A stretch of DNA of 64,000 nt from Yuukianura sp. NJ FZ-2021 (taxonomy: Eukaryota), in the NCBI GenBank assembly GCA_046563655.1, contig CM102285.1, positions 5,146,001-5,210,000 of the forward strand, written 5' to 3'. A model generated the notes under the pieces. That model had not been told where the DNA came from. It saw only the letters and a list, made by a program, of their open reading frames with translations, and ran no database searches. A program made the position numbers and the translations under genes. Shown here piece by piece: positions 38,528 through 49,207 of the stretch (positions are counted from its first letter, which is position 1; each line of letters begins with the position of its first letter).

Positions 38528-40145
38528 TTATTCAAAATTCAGAAAATTGGCTTGCAAGGCGATGGGGGTTCTTGTAGAGCCCTGAGTTGAAGCTCTGGTA
38601 GCCTCGCGAGGTGTTCGTCGCAAATGAACCATGACTCTTCCTCCACGGTGTTGCGCCCAGGTATGAAGACAGTACGGCAAGTCACGGCTTAGTCTTGGGT
38701 CCAATGTATTCCTAGGTCGAATAATTCGAGCCCGAGGAGCCACTGGAGGTGACACTGGAAGCGGAGATGGATTCCAAGGTGTCAAGTCGATTTGCGTGTT
38801 GGTAACTAACAAAGTAGCCGGATGCCAGGCGTAGTCATCCTTTGTCACGTCGTTTCGCGCTAGTAGTTCCACAATTTTGATGACTGGAACAGAACATCTT
38901 AGACTTGGAGGAGTGTGATGTTCAATGTTGAACAGAATCCCCAGCGGCAATGGCGAGTCGGGATCAAAGTTTTCAAAACTCCGGATGCGTATGCCTTGAT
39001 TATGGGTTATTTGGCGCGCACTGTTGCATCACATGCCCCATCGTGGGGACAAGGACGTGTGTAAGGACACAACGTTGTTGGGTCCCAATGAATTCCACTG
39101 TAGATATTTGTCGGAAGTTGGTCAGCTGCGTAGGTCAGCGGTCCTTTGTCCAAGAGATATCCGTGACAGTCGTTGATTCCTACTGCCCAATCGTAGTCTG
39201 CAAAATTTGGTTGAGCTCAGTCCTGCGGATTTGACTCATGGTACCAATCAATCCAGAGCCGTGGGCGAATTAGGGCGAGTTGTTCCGGTGTAATGGCTTC
39301 CGTTGTAACACGTATTATTAGATAAAACTCGTACGGCGCATCTGGATAACATGGATTGTGATTACACAACACTGTATTTGGAGAGCCGTTCTCATATTCA
39401 CGTCCACCTCCTACACTTGTGCGTACTGGACGTCGCCACAACTTAAAGCGTGCACAATTTGGTGGCGCGGTAACTAAACTCGACTCTACTCGAGCTAAAA
39501 GCTCCCTGACTGCAACCGTACGTGCCGACATTTTGTGATTTGACAAAGCGAAAAACAAGACTCAAACGAGACTTGAAAAATTTGAAAAAAGGAAACCATT
39601 TGAATTTTTCCAAAAGGGTGCTTTTCCTCCAAAATCAAAAATCCCTGTAAATGTTCCGGAAGGATCCTTCCAAAAACGTTTTCCAAAGGTACTTAAGGAC
39701 GAAAAAGCCTGCTCGCTCTCATCATTCCAACTCCAGCAAGAGGATGAACCCATCTACCGACACTGTTATTCAATTCGAATCTGAAATGTCTGTCCGTGCC
39801 GACGACGCCGAAGCTCAACTGTCTGCAGTAACTGCTCACGATGTTGGAGCACAACGTCCTCCAGTTGTACAATCGTCATCTGCACCAGCGTCAATTATTG
39901 TTGATGAGACTCCAGGTGCAGCTCCAGTGGACAAAAATACACGGGTGAATGCCACTTTTTGGCGCAACGGTAATGGACCATTGATGGTTCATCTCTACCG
40001 CGCTCTCTATATATTATCTGAATTTTAACGCTGGCCTCGATGGCGTTGCTTTCATCAAAAAGTTGGTCTTGGTTTGGGTTCGTCATAGTTTGCCGCGCAA
40101 GGAACTGGAACACTTGGCGGCCTTCATCATTGAAAATGTTAATTA
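38528..40145. other. Compact intronless ORF fragments of unknown function, probably Polinton accessory genes
   Basis: Divergent ORFs (39558-39217 and 38950-38528 on minus, 39651-40028 on plus) lie between the PolB fragment and the Gypsy insertion site. No recognisable domain. Confidence 0.35.
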
Positions 40146-40304
40146 AGATTTTAAGGATACTTTATCATTGTACACCTTTCTTTGTCACTGCTTTCTTCAA
40201 ATAAAATTCCCTGAAAATCAATTTTTCTTTATTTATTTGTACAAAAATTCTTATTTAATGCAACATTGGCTTTGATTTGTTTTATTTGCATAAGATGTGG
40301 TTCA

Positions 40305-40628
40305 TGCTACAAGTTCATTTATGAACTTGTAAAATAAAGGCCTTGGAACAATTGAGTTTGTATAGCTTTATTTTACTTACATAGGAGAGGTAGGTTGGGT
40401 TAGGTTAACCCCAAGAGTACCTAGTTAGTAGGCGACCCCAGAGTAAGTTGGATCCGAACCAATCAGAGTCCGAATTTCAACTGATTTGAACAGAACTGAT
40501 CTACGGTATTTAAAGGAAATTTCTTAACCTAGACCTTAATGTATGACCTTAACCTAGCCTAAATAACAAAAACAATATTGGGAAAAACAGAACTATTTTT
40601 GAAGTACCATGGCAGAGAGTTGTTTCCT
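40305..40628 (-). repeat. 3' LTR of the Gypsy element (inner ~83 bp and PPT missing)
   Basis: Aligns to 59651-59975 with roughly 15 differences by eye, then diverges. Confidence 0.9.
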
Positions 40629-40688
40629 TAATACTCGTACAGAATATATTTTTTTTGTTGAATAAAGTGATTATTAACAGGAGTTACA

Positions 40689-41867
40689 TTATTTTGATTC
40701 CCCTTCAAATTGTTCTACAAATTTGATTTGTTCCTGTGTTGATAATTTTTTATAGTTTGCGGCATCTTGTTTATGTTTTTTATCCAAAAGATTGTAGTTA
40801 GAGGCAACATTCTCTTCGTCATCACATAAGGTTATTTCACAAAAGTTTTGAGTATTAGTGGAAATTGGGTTCCTATTAATTTGTTGTTCTTCCTCAGTTA
40901 GCATATCTAACCCTAAATCTACATATTCGGATTCGTCCACAATGCCGTCAATTTCAAAATGACGATCGGAGTATTTGGAAGGGTCGCAATCTTCGGATTC
41001 TGAATCGCTAGATGATGAGGAGTTAGAATCCGAGTCATCGGATGAAGAATCTGTCGAATCGGATGACGATGATGATGAATCTGAGGAAGGTGAATTTGAT
41101 GAGTCAGAAGAGGAAATTGGAGAAAGTAGCGGTTATGAATAAATCATTTTTTGGACAATCGAGGTAACGTCTGCGGTGATTAGGTTATTTGGTGTTTGTG
41201 GTTTTGTATGTTGCTCTGCATGGAACGTCAAAGTTTGGATTTGTGGGTTTCTTCCTTGTCTTGATCCGTTAGAAGGGTGGTCCAAAAATTCGTTCAACGA
41301 AATGTGGAGAAAGTTTGCGGCTTCTTGGGTATTTTGGAGAGGACGAGGGATTATAGGCGTTTCGGGTCGGGTAACATTGTTTGAGGAAGACGGGGAATTA
41401 ATAATAGCATCAAATGGGAGAATTTGATATTTTCTAAATACAAGTTTCCCGTTTTTCTCTATAAAATAGTGCTTATTTACAAATTCATGATCTCTACGCA
41501 TCTCAGTATGGTTAGTGAATAGACATTCGTCTTCTCTAATATTATCTTTATGATAATTGTTTATATTAGAGTCTACAGTATTATGTTTTAACATTTTCAT
41601 TTTCTCCGTTGTTAATTTGTTCAATCGTTGTCTTTTATTACTATCCGTGAACACCCACGTGGTATTTAAAACACCTGACAGTGTTTGTTCTGAGCTCATT
41701 TGTTGTATATTGTCGAATCTGATTTGTCGTCTTAATTGGTTTTGTTTTTTTCGTTTTTCTAGTTTGCGTTGTTTGACCCCTGCTCCTTGCCGTTTATTTT
41801 TTCGTCCTATTTTACTAGAATTTGTAGAGTGGTTTTTAGCATGTAAGATTTTTGTTAATATAGCCAT
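40689..41867 (-). pseudogene. Extra ORF(s) downstream of env: basic N-terminus and Ser/Asp-rich acidic tract, unknown function
   Basis: A 244-aa ORF (41867-41133) is followed by a Ser/Asp/Glu-rich frame (about 41130-40689), inside the LTR boundaries and co-oriented with pol. Confidence 0.5.
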
Positions 41868-41960
41868 TAGAAAATTGGAGAAAGAAATAGGAATAGATTT
41901 ATAGTATAGAAAAGAGTAGATGTATAGATTGATTTCTTTGTTTATGGATTTGGTTGTGTT

Positions 41961-44743
41961 TTAATTTTGAATTCTTTTCAATTCGTCAAACGGATATTTG
42001 GGTGTTAGACTATTAGGTTTACGAACCTCATTTAGAGTAGTACAGGAGTATTGGTTTTTAAAATTTTTTGGATTATTGTGAATGACCCGAGGTCGATTTC
42101 TGCGTGATTTGGTTCGGCGTAAAACCTGACGGGTGTGCATAACAGGTGCATGAATCTGTAAAGGAATATTTTCAGCTTCCGAATCGCTGCTAGGGATTTT
42201 CACATGTTTATTGCGAACTTTTCTGGTTTTCTGGGATTGAGAAAGGAGTTTGAGTCTTCTAAATATCTGTTGAAAGTAAGCCTTGTTTTTATACAAATAA
42301 ATATTTGAGTGTAAGGACAGCGATAAAAATTGCTAATCCGGACATGCAAATAGTAGCTAACACATTTTGGAATGGGGTTAATACGTATTCTCGTAAAAGA
42401 GTAATAGTTTTTGATTCAATAGGTCGTAAGTTAGAATTTGTATTTTGTAATATATTGTCATTTTGTTTTGTTTAGAAAGTTCTTTTAAGATAGCAGCAAT
42501 TGTCTCTGCGCCACCCACTTCGTCCAATGAATAGACTCCAGGGGCTGAGAAGGACAATTCCGGCATTTTTTTCAATTTTCAATAACCGTTCTGTTAGTCA
42601 AGTGAATAGTCATAGTTCCGTATTCAAAGTAAAACTTAGGTGCTGGACAAGAAGTATGAGTTGGGTCTTTTACAATTTCATGATTGATACCAGTTAAGTA
42701 CCCTTGAATTCGGTCCACGCCTACATAAAATTCAATTGGCCACTCCAGATAGCAACCAGTTTGAGGAAGTAGCATGTAAGTGTCAACTTCTTCACATTTA
42801 TAAACAGAAAGGATGTCTCCATTTGTTTTAGCTCGTAATGCTGGATATTTAGTAACGTGCGTACAAGTACACTAGGTTGTCCAGTAGCTGCTAGTACCCT
42901 AAGAAGTTCTAAATGTGCTTGATGGGCTTTGCACGTATCGCGATGAACAGTTTGAATACCAAAATGGTAAGAACTTGAAACAATTTGATATAAGTAAAGT
43001 AATCGGCTATTGAGTTCTCCCGTAGTTACCAATGTTGGAGTTTCGGGTTTTTCTGGTGCTGGTATTAATAGTTCAGATAACTTAGGTATGAGAGTTTCAC
43101 CGTCTTGTGTTTTAATTTCCTCCGCGGAACCTTCATCTTCTTCAGAAGAATCATCGTCATGAGAACGTTTATAACGTGTGGGATCATTGATTACATTCCG
43201 CGTGAGATTCGTAAAAGAAATAGCAAAAGGATGGTTTCGGATTTTGGACATGACTTTCAGCGTGGAAAAGAGCATCAACCCGATAACGCAACATTCTGAA
43301 ATTTAACAGACGTCATGTAGCCTTAGAGTAGAATCGATGTTCAAAAAATTGGCGTGATGCGTTTTCGGGTTCTAGTCCAAAAGGGACGCCAAAGTTGACC
43401 ATATTTTGATGGAAAGAATCACAATCTTTCATTTATTTCTCGTGCAAAATAGTTTTTAACACTTGGGTTTTAAACACGTGCACATTTTGAAAGTTTCGAT
43501 TGCAAACGTTGCACAACTAAAAAACAGGTTTTACTTTGTGCACAATTTCAAATTTCGGGTTTTTAATTTTTATTTTGCACAATTTCTAACTTTTAAGCGT
43601 ATCCGCTGCACATTTTCCTTGTTTAACGTTTTTAGAATGCACAATTTCTAGATTTTGTGTTATTCGCAGTGCACATTTCAAAAAGTTTACGTTCGAACAT
43701 TGCACAACTTTCGTACCTTTTCTGCAGTTGTGTTGCACAAGATCAAACTTTCTGGTTGTCACATTGCACAGTTTCGAACCTTTTGTTTTTAAATTGCATA
43801 TTTTCATAAGTTATAATAATGAGAATCAACCGATTGTAAACCGGATATACGTAAGTAACGTAAGCTCTGTTCAAGTCCGGCATAAAATAATTATCGGTGT
43901 CAGACAACGATAAGTATTGATTTTGGTAAGTGAGATCCAATTCTAAATGAGGCCATTTTGTTTTTCATTGATTTCGAAGAAAGAGCCAAAAGTTTAAAGT
44001 ATGTAGCAGTTTTAGATTTTTGAGAAGTAAGCAACTTTCAGCTTTTTGAAGAATTTATGTTAATGAAACAGTTTCCTTTTAAAACACCTTGGCTGCACCT
44101 GTTGACTGTATAACTGTGTTGTAGATAGTTGACGTTAATGGACTGACAAAAGAAAGGTGACTGACTAAAGAAAGTCTGATCCATGAACGGCCAGACAGAC
44201 AGACAGGCAGGGCCAAACCATAAAGTAGCTTACGCTATTTAGAAATAACAGGTGTTTCACAATTTCGAGCTTTTCGAGTTTTGATGCTGCACAAGGCCGA
44301 AAGAATTGTGCAACATTTTGCACATTTGTGAAAAAAACAGGCGATTTAAAACGTTTTATAACGTTATTAATTGGGCCGGAGAAAATACAAACAAACAAAT
44401 GGCGCTGGGCCGGATTTTCTACAGAAACCCGAAACCATCCTTTAAAGAATTATTACTCTCGGTGAAAATAATACCTTGAGCAGATGTACCGAAAATCAAT
44501 CCACATTTTTTAACAGGAATGACTTTAGTAATGGCAATTTCTAATGTTGGACATGACAGACGATCTTCAGTAAATAAACATGTAGCAGAATCACCGTCTT
44601 TCATCCTACATATCTTCACGTCCTTTGGTGTCCAACAAAGAATTCCATTTTCTGTATCACATGTACCTGTCTAATATTTACATTGTCCAACGGTTTTGGC
44701 GGTAGTAATTATGGTATCATCTGTATTTGATATCGAAAGTGTC
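41961..44743 (-). pseudogene. env: Envelope-like fusion glycoprotein (probable class III, gB/chuvirus-G-like), degraded and interrupted
   Basis: Cys-rich GQCKY*TGTCDTENGILCW, a furin-like RYKR site, TC..HQAHLELL...GQPSVLVRTLLN and, after a frameshift, GDILSVYKCEEV...GCYLEWPI...C. The N-terminus is missing beyond the BEL LTR. Confidence 0.65.
43229..44440. mobile_element. Non-autonomous TIR element (1212 bp) inserted at AAA^TTT without TSD (Spy-like)
   Basis: TIR GGATGGTTTCGG...CCGAAACCATCC with flanks AAAA and TTTA. Excision rejoins env in frame (ESNNSL-N-FAISF). Internal degenerate TGCACA-containing repeats lie at about 43460-43800. Confidence 0.85.
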
Positions 44744-45185
44744 TGTGAGCGCTCAGCGCGACTCACACTCCTCCTCGTCTCGGATTGCATACCAAATAAG
44801 GATAGAGATGAGAGTGCTTGTTGCACATGCACAAGAAGAGCATAAAAGGGAGTGCAACAGAGGAATAGGGAGCTCTGTATGGGGTTGAGGCGAGACTAGA
44901 GAGGTTAGCATGTAACAGTACTAGGGCCCTAGGATAGGTCGTAGGTTAAGTGCTTGTAGGTTGGACTAAGGGATCCCAATAAAGAGTGTCTACCTGAACT
45001 GGTGGTGTGTCGAGTGGGAGTTTACCTTATTGTCCCTTTTGGGGCTGAAACCATAACTGGGAGTGGCAGGTCATACTTGAGACGGGATCAGCGTTCCGTC
45101 CGCTATACAGTCGACATAGGCTCCACTGAGTTCTCGGTGTGCTTCTGGTCGGTGTGACGACTCATCCGCACCGGCAGAGGTCACA
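44744..45185 (+). mobile_element. BEL/Pao-type 5' LTR
   Basis: TGTGA...TCACA termini, a TATA-like CATAAAAG and an AATAAA at about 44978. It is followed 3 nt later by a tRNA-Tyr-type PBS and interrupts env at 44743. Confidence 0.8.
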
Positions 45186-45188
45186 TGA

Positions 45189-45206
45189 TGGTCCTTCGAA
45201 CCGGAT
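45189..45206 (+). promoter_or_regulatory. Primer-binding site (tRNA-Tyr type)
   Basis: TGGTCCTTCGAACCGGAT matches 17/18 of the complement of the tRNA-Tyr 3' end (TGGTCCTTCGAGCCGGAT), a PBS commonly seen in BEL/Pao elements. Confidence 0.85.
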
Positions 45207-45455
45207 AAAAATTTTTTTTTCTCTCTCTCCGTCCTCTTACTACAACAATCACAACGGTGAACAGGTAAAACCCAAATAAACACATCTTTGAGCCAGAGAC
45301 CAGAGAACAGGTAAAAAATAAATCATTCGCAATCTATTTCTTTTACTATCATACATCATTACACATCACTAATTCAGGCAACCTTTTTAACCTGCAACAA
45401 AGAATTGAAATTTTTTGCAGTATTCCTGTTTCAAACTAAACCAGATTTTGATTTC

Positions 45456-48400
45456 TCAAATAATATATCTATCCTTATTCAATACTATATTCTCTTGTGC
45501 ATCGAAACAATACCTAAAATCCCAACTACAATATCTTCTGCACTCTATGACGTCTTCCTTCGAATCCTTTATATTACCGCACATACATCTAAAACACTTA
45601 TGAGCTTCCCTAGTTTCGCCTAACGTGCTCAAAATATCCTCCCATGATTCCCAACAGGAAATGCAACGAACGCATTTGGTGCGGAAATGTCGCGAAAGTC
45701 CTACCCTATCCTTAAAAAATTCGTCGCAAAATCCACAATGAAATTTACATCCAATGATACGGGTTCCCGAAATTTTTCCTCTTAAAACATGCTCCTCTTT
45801 TTCCTTGTCCTGAAAATCATAAAAAAAAATACAAGATGTTACAATCTTCAATTCCTATATTTCAATTCCTATTGGAAATATTAATTACCGTGTCACAATA
45901 TTTCCCGCATACACAGTATTTCTCAGCCGTACAATTTATCAACCGATGATAGTCGTTTAGATCCACGCCGGTCGCTCGCCCGCATACACATTTTTGATAC
46001 AATAAGTTCCAGGGTCTATGCCTTTGCACATGACGATCTATGTCAGTTATGTCAAAGAAATACTTGATTCGTTTACGGCCCACTAAGACTCCGTCATCAT
46101 TCTTTTGTTTGCAAACTGAACAGCATAGCTTTAAAACACCGGGAATGGGTTTTACCAATGTACCCTTCTGTAGGCAACCTGTGAGTAACAACCCCATAGG
46201 CATCACAAACAAAACTAAGACTAAAAAGAAAGCAATTTTAATTTACTTAGAAGTATGTGCGGAACTGTATAAACATCTTTAGGACGGCCATTTTGCGTAC
46301 TGAAAGGAGGCTGAGCAAGGAAAGCGCCTTGAGCATAGCTGTCATAATATAATTTCAAAGAAACTGGAGAATTAACCTCGTCAGATCCAAGTAAGTACGA
46401 GGAAATTCCGATATGATAGTTCCGGCCATCTTGGGGATTAAAACGCGACGCACCAATTTTTATAAGAGGAAAGTTCCCAATGTCACACTAATAATAAGAT
46501 AGAAACACAACATTAGATTGACTATATTAAAAATTAGACAACTACTTGCTAGCATTTTCCATACGCCTAACCTAGTCTCAGTTACCTGTGACTGAATATG
46601 AGCATCCGTTGTATACAAAGATAAGCTATCCGTTATTACGGACATATCCGAGTACTCTGCTAGCATTGAGCTATTACCATCTCCTAGAGCAGCGGCATTA
46701 GCAGTAGATTCTTCTTCATCATCACTGCTAATCACATCAGGGGGTTTACAACTCATTATCCAATACAGGCATTTTGCAATCGCAATTGGGAACGAGAAAC
46801 CCTCCATAGTTAAAGTAGGCCCCGCGCGGAAATCAGGATCAGAATTATTCTTTGTCTCCTTCTTATACCAATAATATAGTATCCTCTTGGTCAAAACGAA
46901 TACTCGAGAACCTTCAGGAGTAACGGTATTATCCAGATGAGTGGTACTAATCCAAGTATGGGGTAACTTAGGGTCACAAAAGTGACACCCCGAAGTTCCA
47001 CGGATAGACCTTTTCCCGGGTTTACCTTTTCGTTTTTCCAGCAGTAACTAATTGAAACATTAATTACAAAATTAATACATAAAATTGAGATTCCGAGCTA
47101 TCAGAATTTTCGAAAATCATAAGTGGCACCTGTAATATTATCTTTAATCTCCTGGTTTCTTGAACCTCGGGTTTCTCAGTATGAGTAAACTTCCAATGAA
47201 GAAACACCAACAGGTTCAGGAGAAAGATCTTATCCTCCCTTAATTCAGTAAGTAAGCGTGTGATCGGCAGGAACGGCACGATCTAAGAAAATTAGAATTA
47301 ATTACAGGGAGCATATTTAGTCCTCTTACAATAAAATAAGTAAAACTAGTACACACGCTAACCTTCTGGTAGTTAAAAATCACCTTCAACTCAAACAAAT
47401 GAACCAATAGGCCATGTAATTTGGTATTATTGGAAACCAGTTCATAAAACTCCGAAACAGCTCTGCCACATAATAAAGGTTTCGTTTTCTGCAAAGTCTC
47501 AGCGTTTTTATATTTCCGGAAAAATTCGTCCAGATAATTTTTGAAGCCATCCGAATTTCGTTGCATAAACGCAGGCAAATGAGACACCATTGCATGAGTT
47601 ACCATCGAGGAAGCACCCGCCCGTACTGGAGCACCTATAAAGGGAAATCTTTAACAATCAAAACAGGACAAGACAGGGAAAGAAACAAGGGAGGGCGGTG
47701 CTCAAGGTTGAGCATAGGTCTTCAGGTAGGAGTCAGAAATTGATGACTCTTAAACCGGCTGTCTGTTGAAAAATCGAACCCTGAGGACAGTTAGTCGAAT
47801 ATCGTTTCTTAAAATCAAAAGCGGTTCAAACAACTGCACGAAGTGTTATTAGGGGCATAAGCGGTGGAGTCGAATATCGCTTGTTGAAAATGTAAATTAT
47901 AAAAATTTCTTGCAAAGGCAAATTCGAATCCTGCTAAATACCGCCTACGTATTAACAATTTAAGCCGGAATTTCCACCCTTGAACTAGGCTCAATTTGAC
48001 AACGTAATTATAACTAGGGTTTAGCTCCCATAAGAACGTGTGTCGGAACCTGCTCCCGTAAGAACGTGTCGGAACCTGCTCCCGTAAGAACGTGTGGCGG
48101 AACCTGCTCCCGTAAGAACGTGTGGCGGAACCTACTCCCGTAAGAACGTGTGGCGGAACCTACTCTCATAAGAACGTGTGTCGGAACCTACTCTCATAAG
48201 AACGTGTGTCGGAACCTACTCTCATAAGAATATGCGTCGTAACTTACTATCAAGCTCAGGGTCCGAACTTAATTTCTTAAATCAGCCGCGCAGAACCTGC
48301 ATCTAGACAGTACAAGGTAGGGCGGTGCTTGAGGGATTAGTATCGGACTTTTGGAGGAAAATTGATTCAACTTAAACAAACCTGCTACAAAAACTGTAAA

Positions 48401-49207
48401 GGAACTCAAAAAACCGTTTTCACGGGATCAGAATGAAAACTAACTCCACACCTTGTTAAATACTCTTACATAGAAAGAGTTTAAGCCACACTTTTTACAA
48501 TCCAACAAGCCAAAATTTAATAACATACATAACAATCTTGTAAAGAAGAAATGACCAGATAAAGACTTCATTCTTAATCTCAATAGTATTCTCCAGTAGT
48601 TTATAGACATACGTCCCGGGGAGCAGTAAAAACGAAATAAGTTTAACTACTTACCAACGGGGACTTCAGGAACCGCTTGGTTCTCACTCGCACTCGTTTG
48701 AGAGCAGCGTTCTACATCACTTATAGGGGAGTGACTAACGGTAATTGACGTCTTTTTCTGAAATATCTTCCTCTGAATTTTAGCTTTGGTGGTAACTTTC
48801 TTCTTTCTTGCAGTTTTGACCTCTAAAAAGACAAAGGAAAAACAGTAAAAACTGAAAAATTTTTAGCTTTTCAGAAATATCAAATCCAAACTTACTAAAA
48901 TTTTTGCGCAATTGCGAAGATTTCCGCGGTGATTTTCCTCCAATTAACTTTGACATTCCACGAGGCTTTCCCATCCCAGAAGGGGCAGCAGGTCCCGCAA
49001 TGACCCCTGAACTGGTAGAAGGAGTAGCCTCAGCAACTATTATAAAAAATACTGTAATATAACGCCTATGTTATACGATCCGATAAAAAGAAACAAAGAA
49101 AAGAAAACTGGAAATACAAAACATTGGATAATTCACAAGTCAGTTATGAGTAGGAAGCGAAATTACATACCTTCTGGCTTTCCCTTTCCAACTTTCGTCC
49201 GAGCCAT
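45456..49207 (-). CDS. Unknown 705-aa protein with histone H3-tail-like N-terminal motifs and Cys/His zinc-finger-like C-terminus; 9 exons (49207-49171, 49036-48896, 48822-48655, 47634-47363, 47282-47130, 47047-46586, 46487-46247, 46178-45889, 45809-45456)
   Basis: AACCATGG start context. Eight GT-AG introns (134, 73, 1020, 80, 82, 98, 68, 79 nt) are all phase-compatible, giving 2118 nt with no internal stop. The protein begins MARTK and contains GGKSPRK and KTARK. Confidence 0.78.
48025..48246. repeat. Tandem minisatellite, 8 copies of a ~28-bp unit (CTCCCGTAAGAACGTGTGGCGGAACCTR), in intron 3 of the H3-mimic gene
   Basis: Head-to-tail units of 26-28 bp with no spacers. Confidence 0.95.

Noticed and set aside
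48025..48246. CRISPR-like 28-bp repeats
   Set aside because: Units are head-to-tail with no unique spacers, there are no cas genes, and the context is a eukaryotic intron.
48655..49207. Histone H3 or CENP-A gene
   Set aside because: Only tail-like motifs are present, in shuffled order, and no histone-fold sequence (e.g. YRPGTVALREI) follows.
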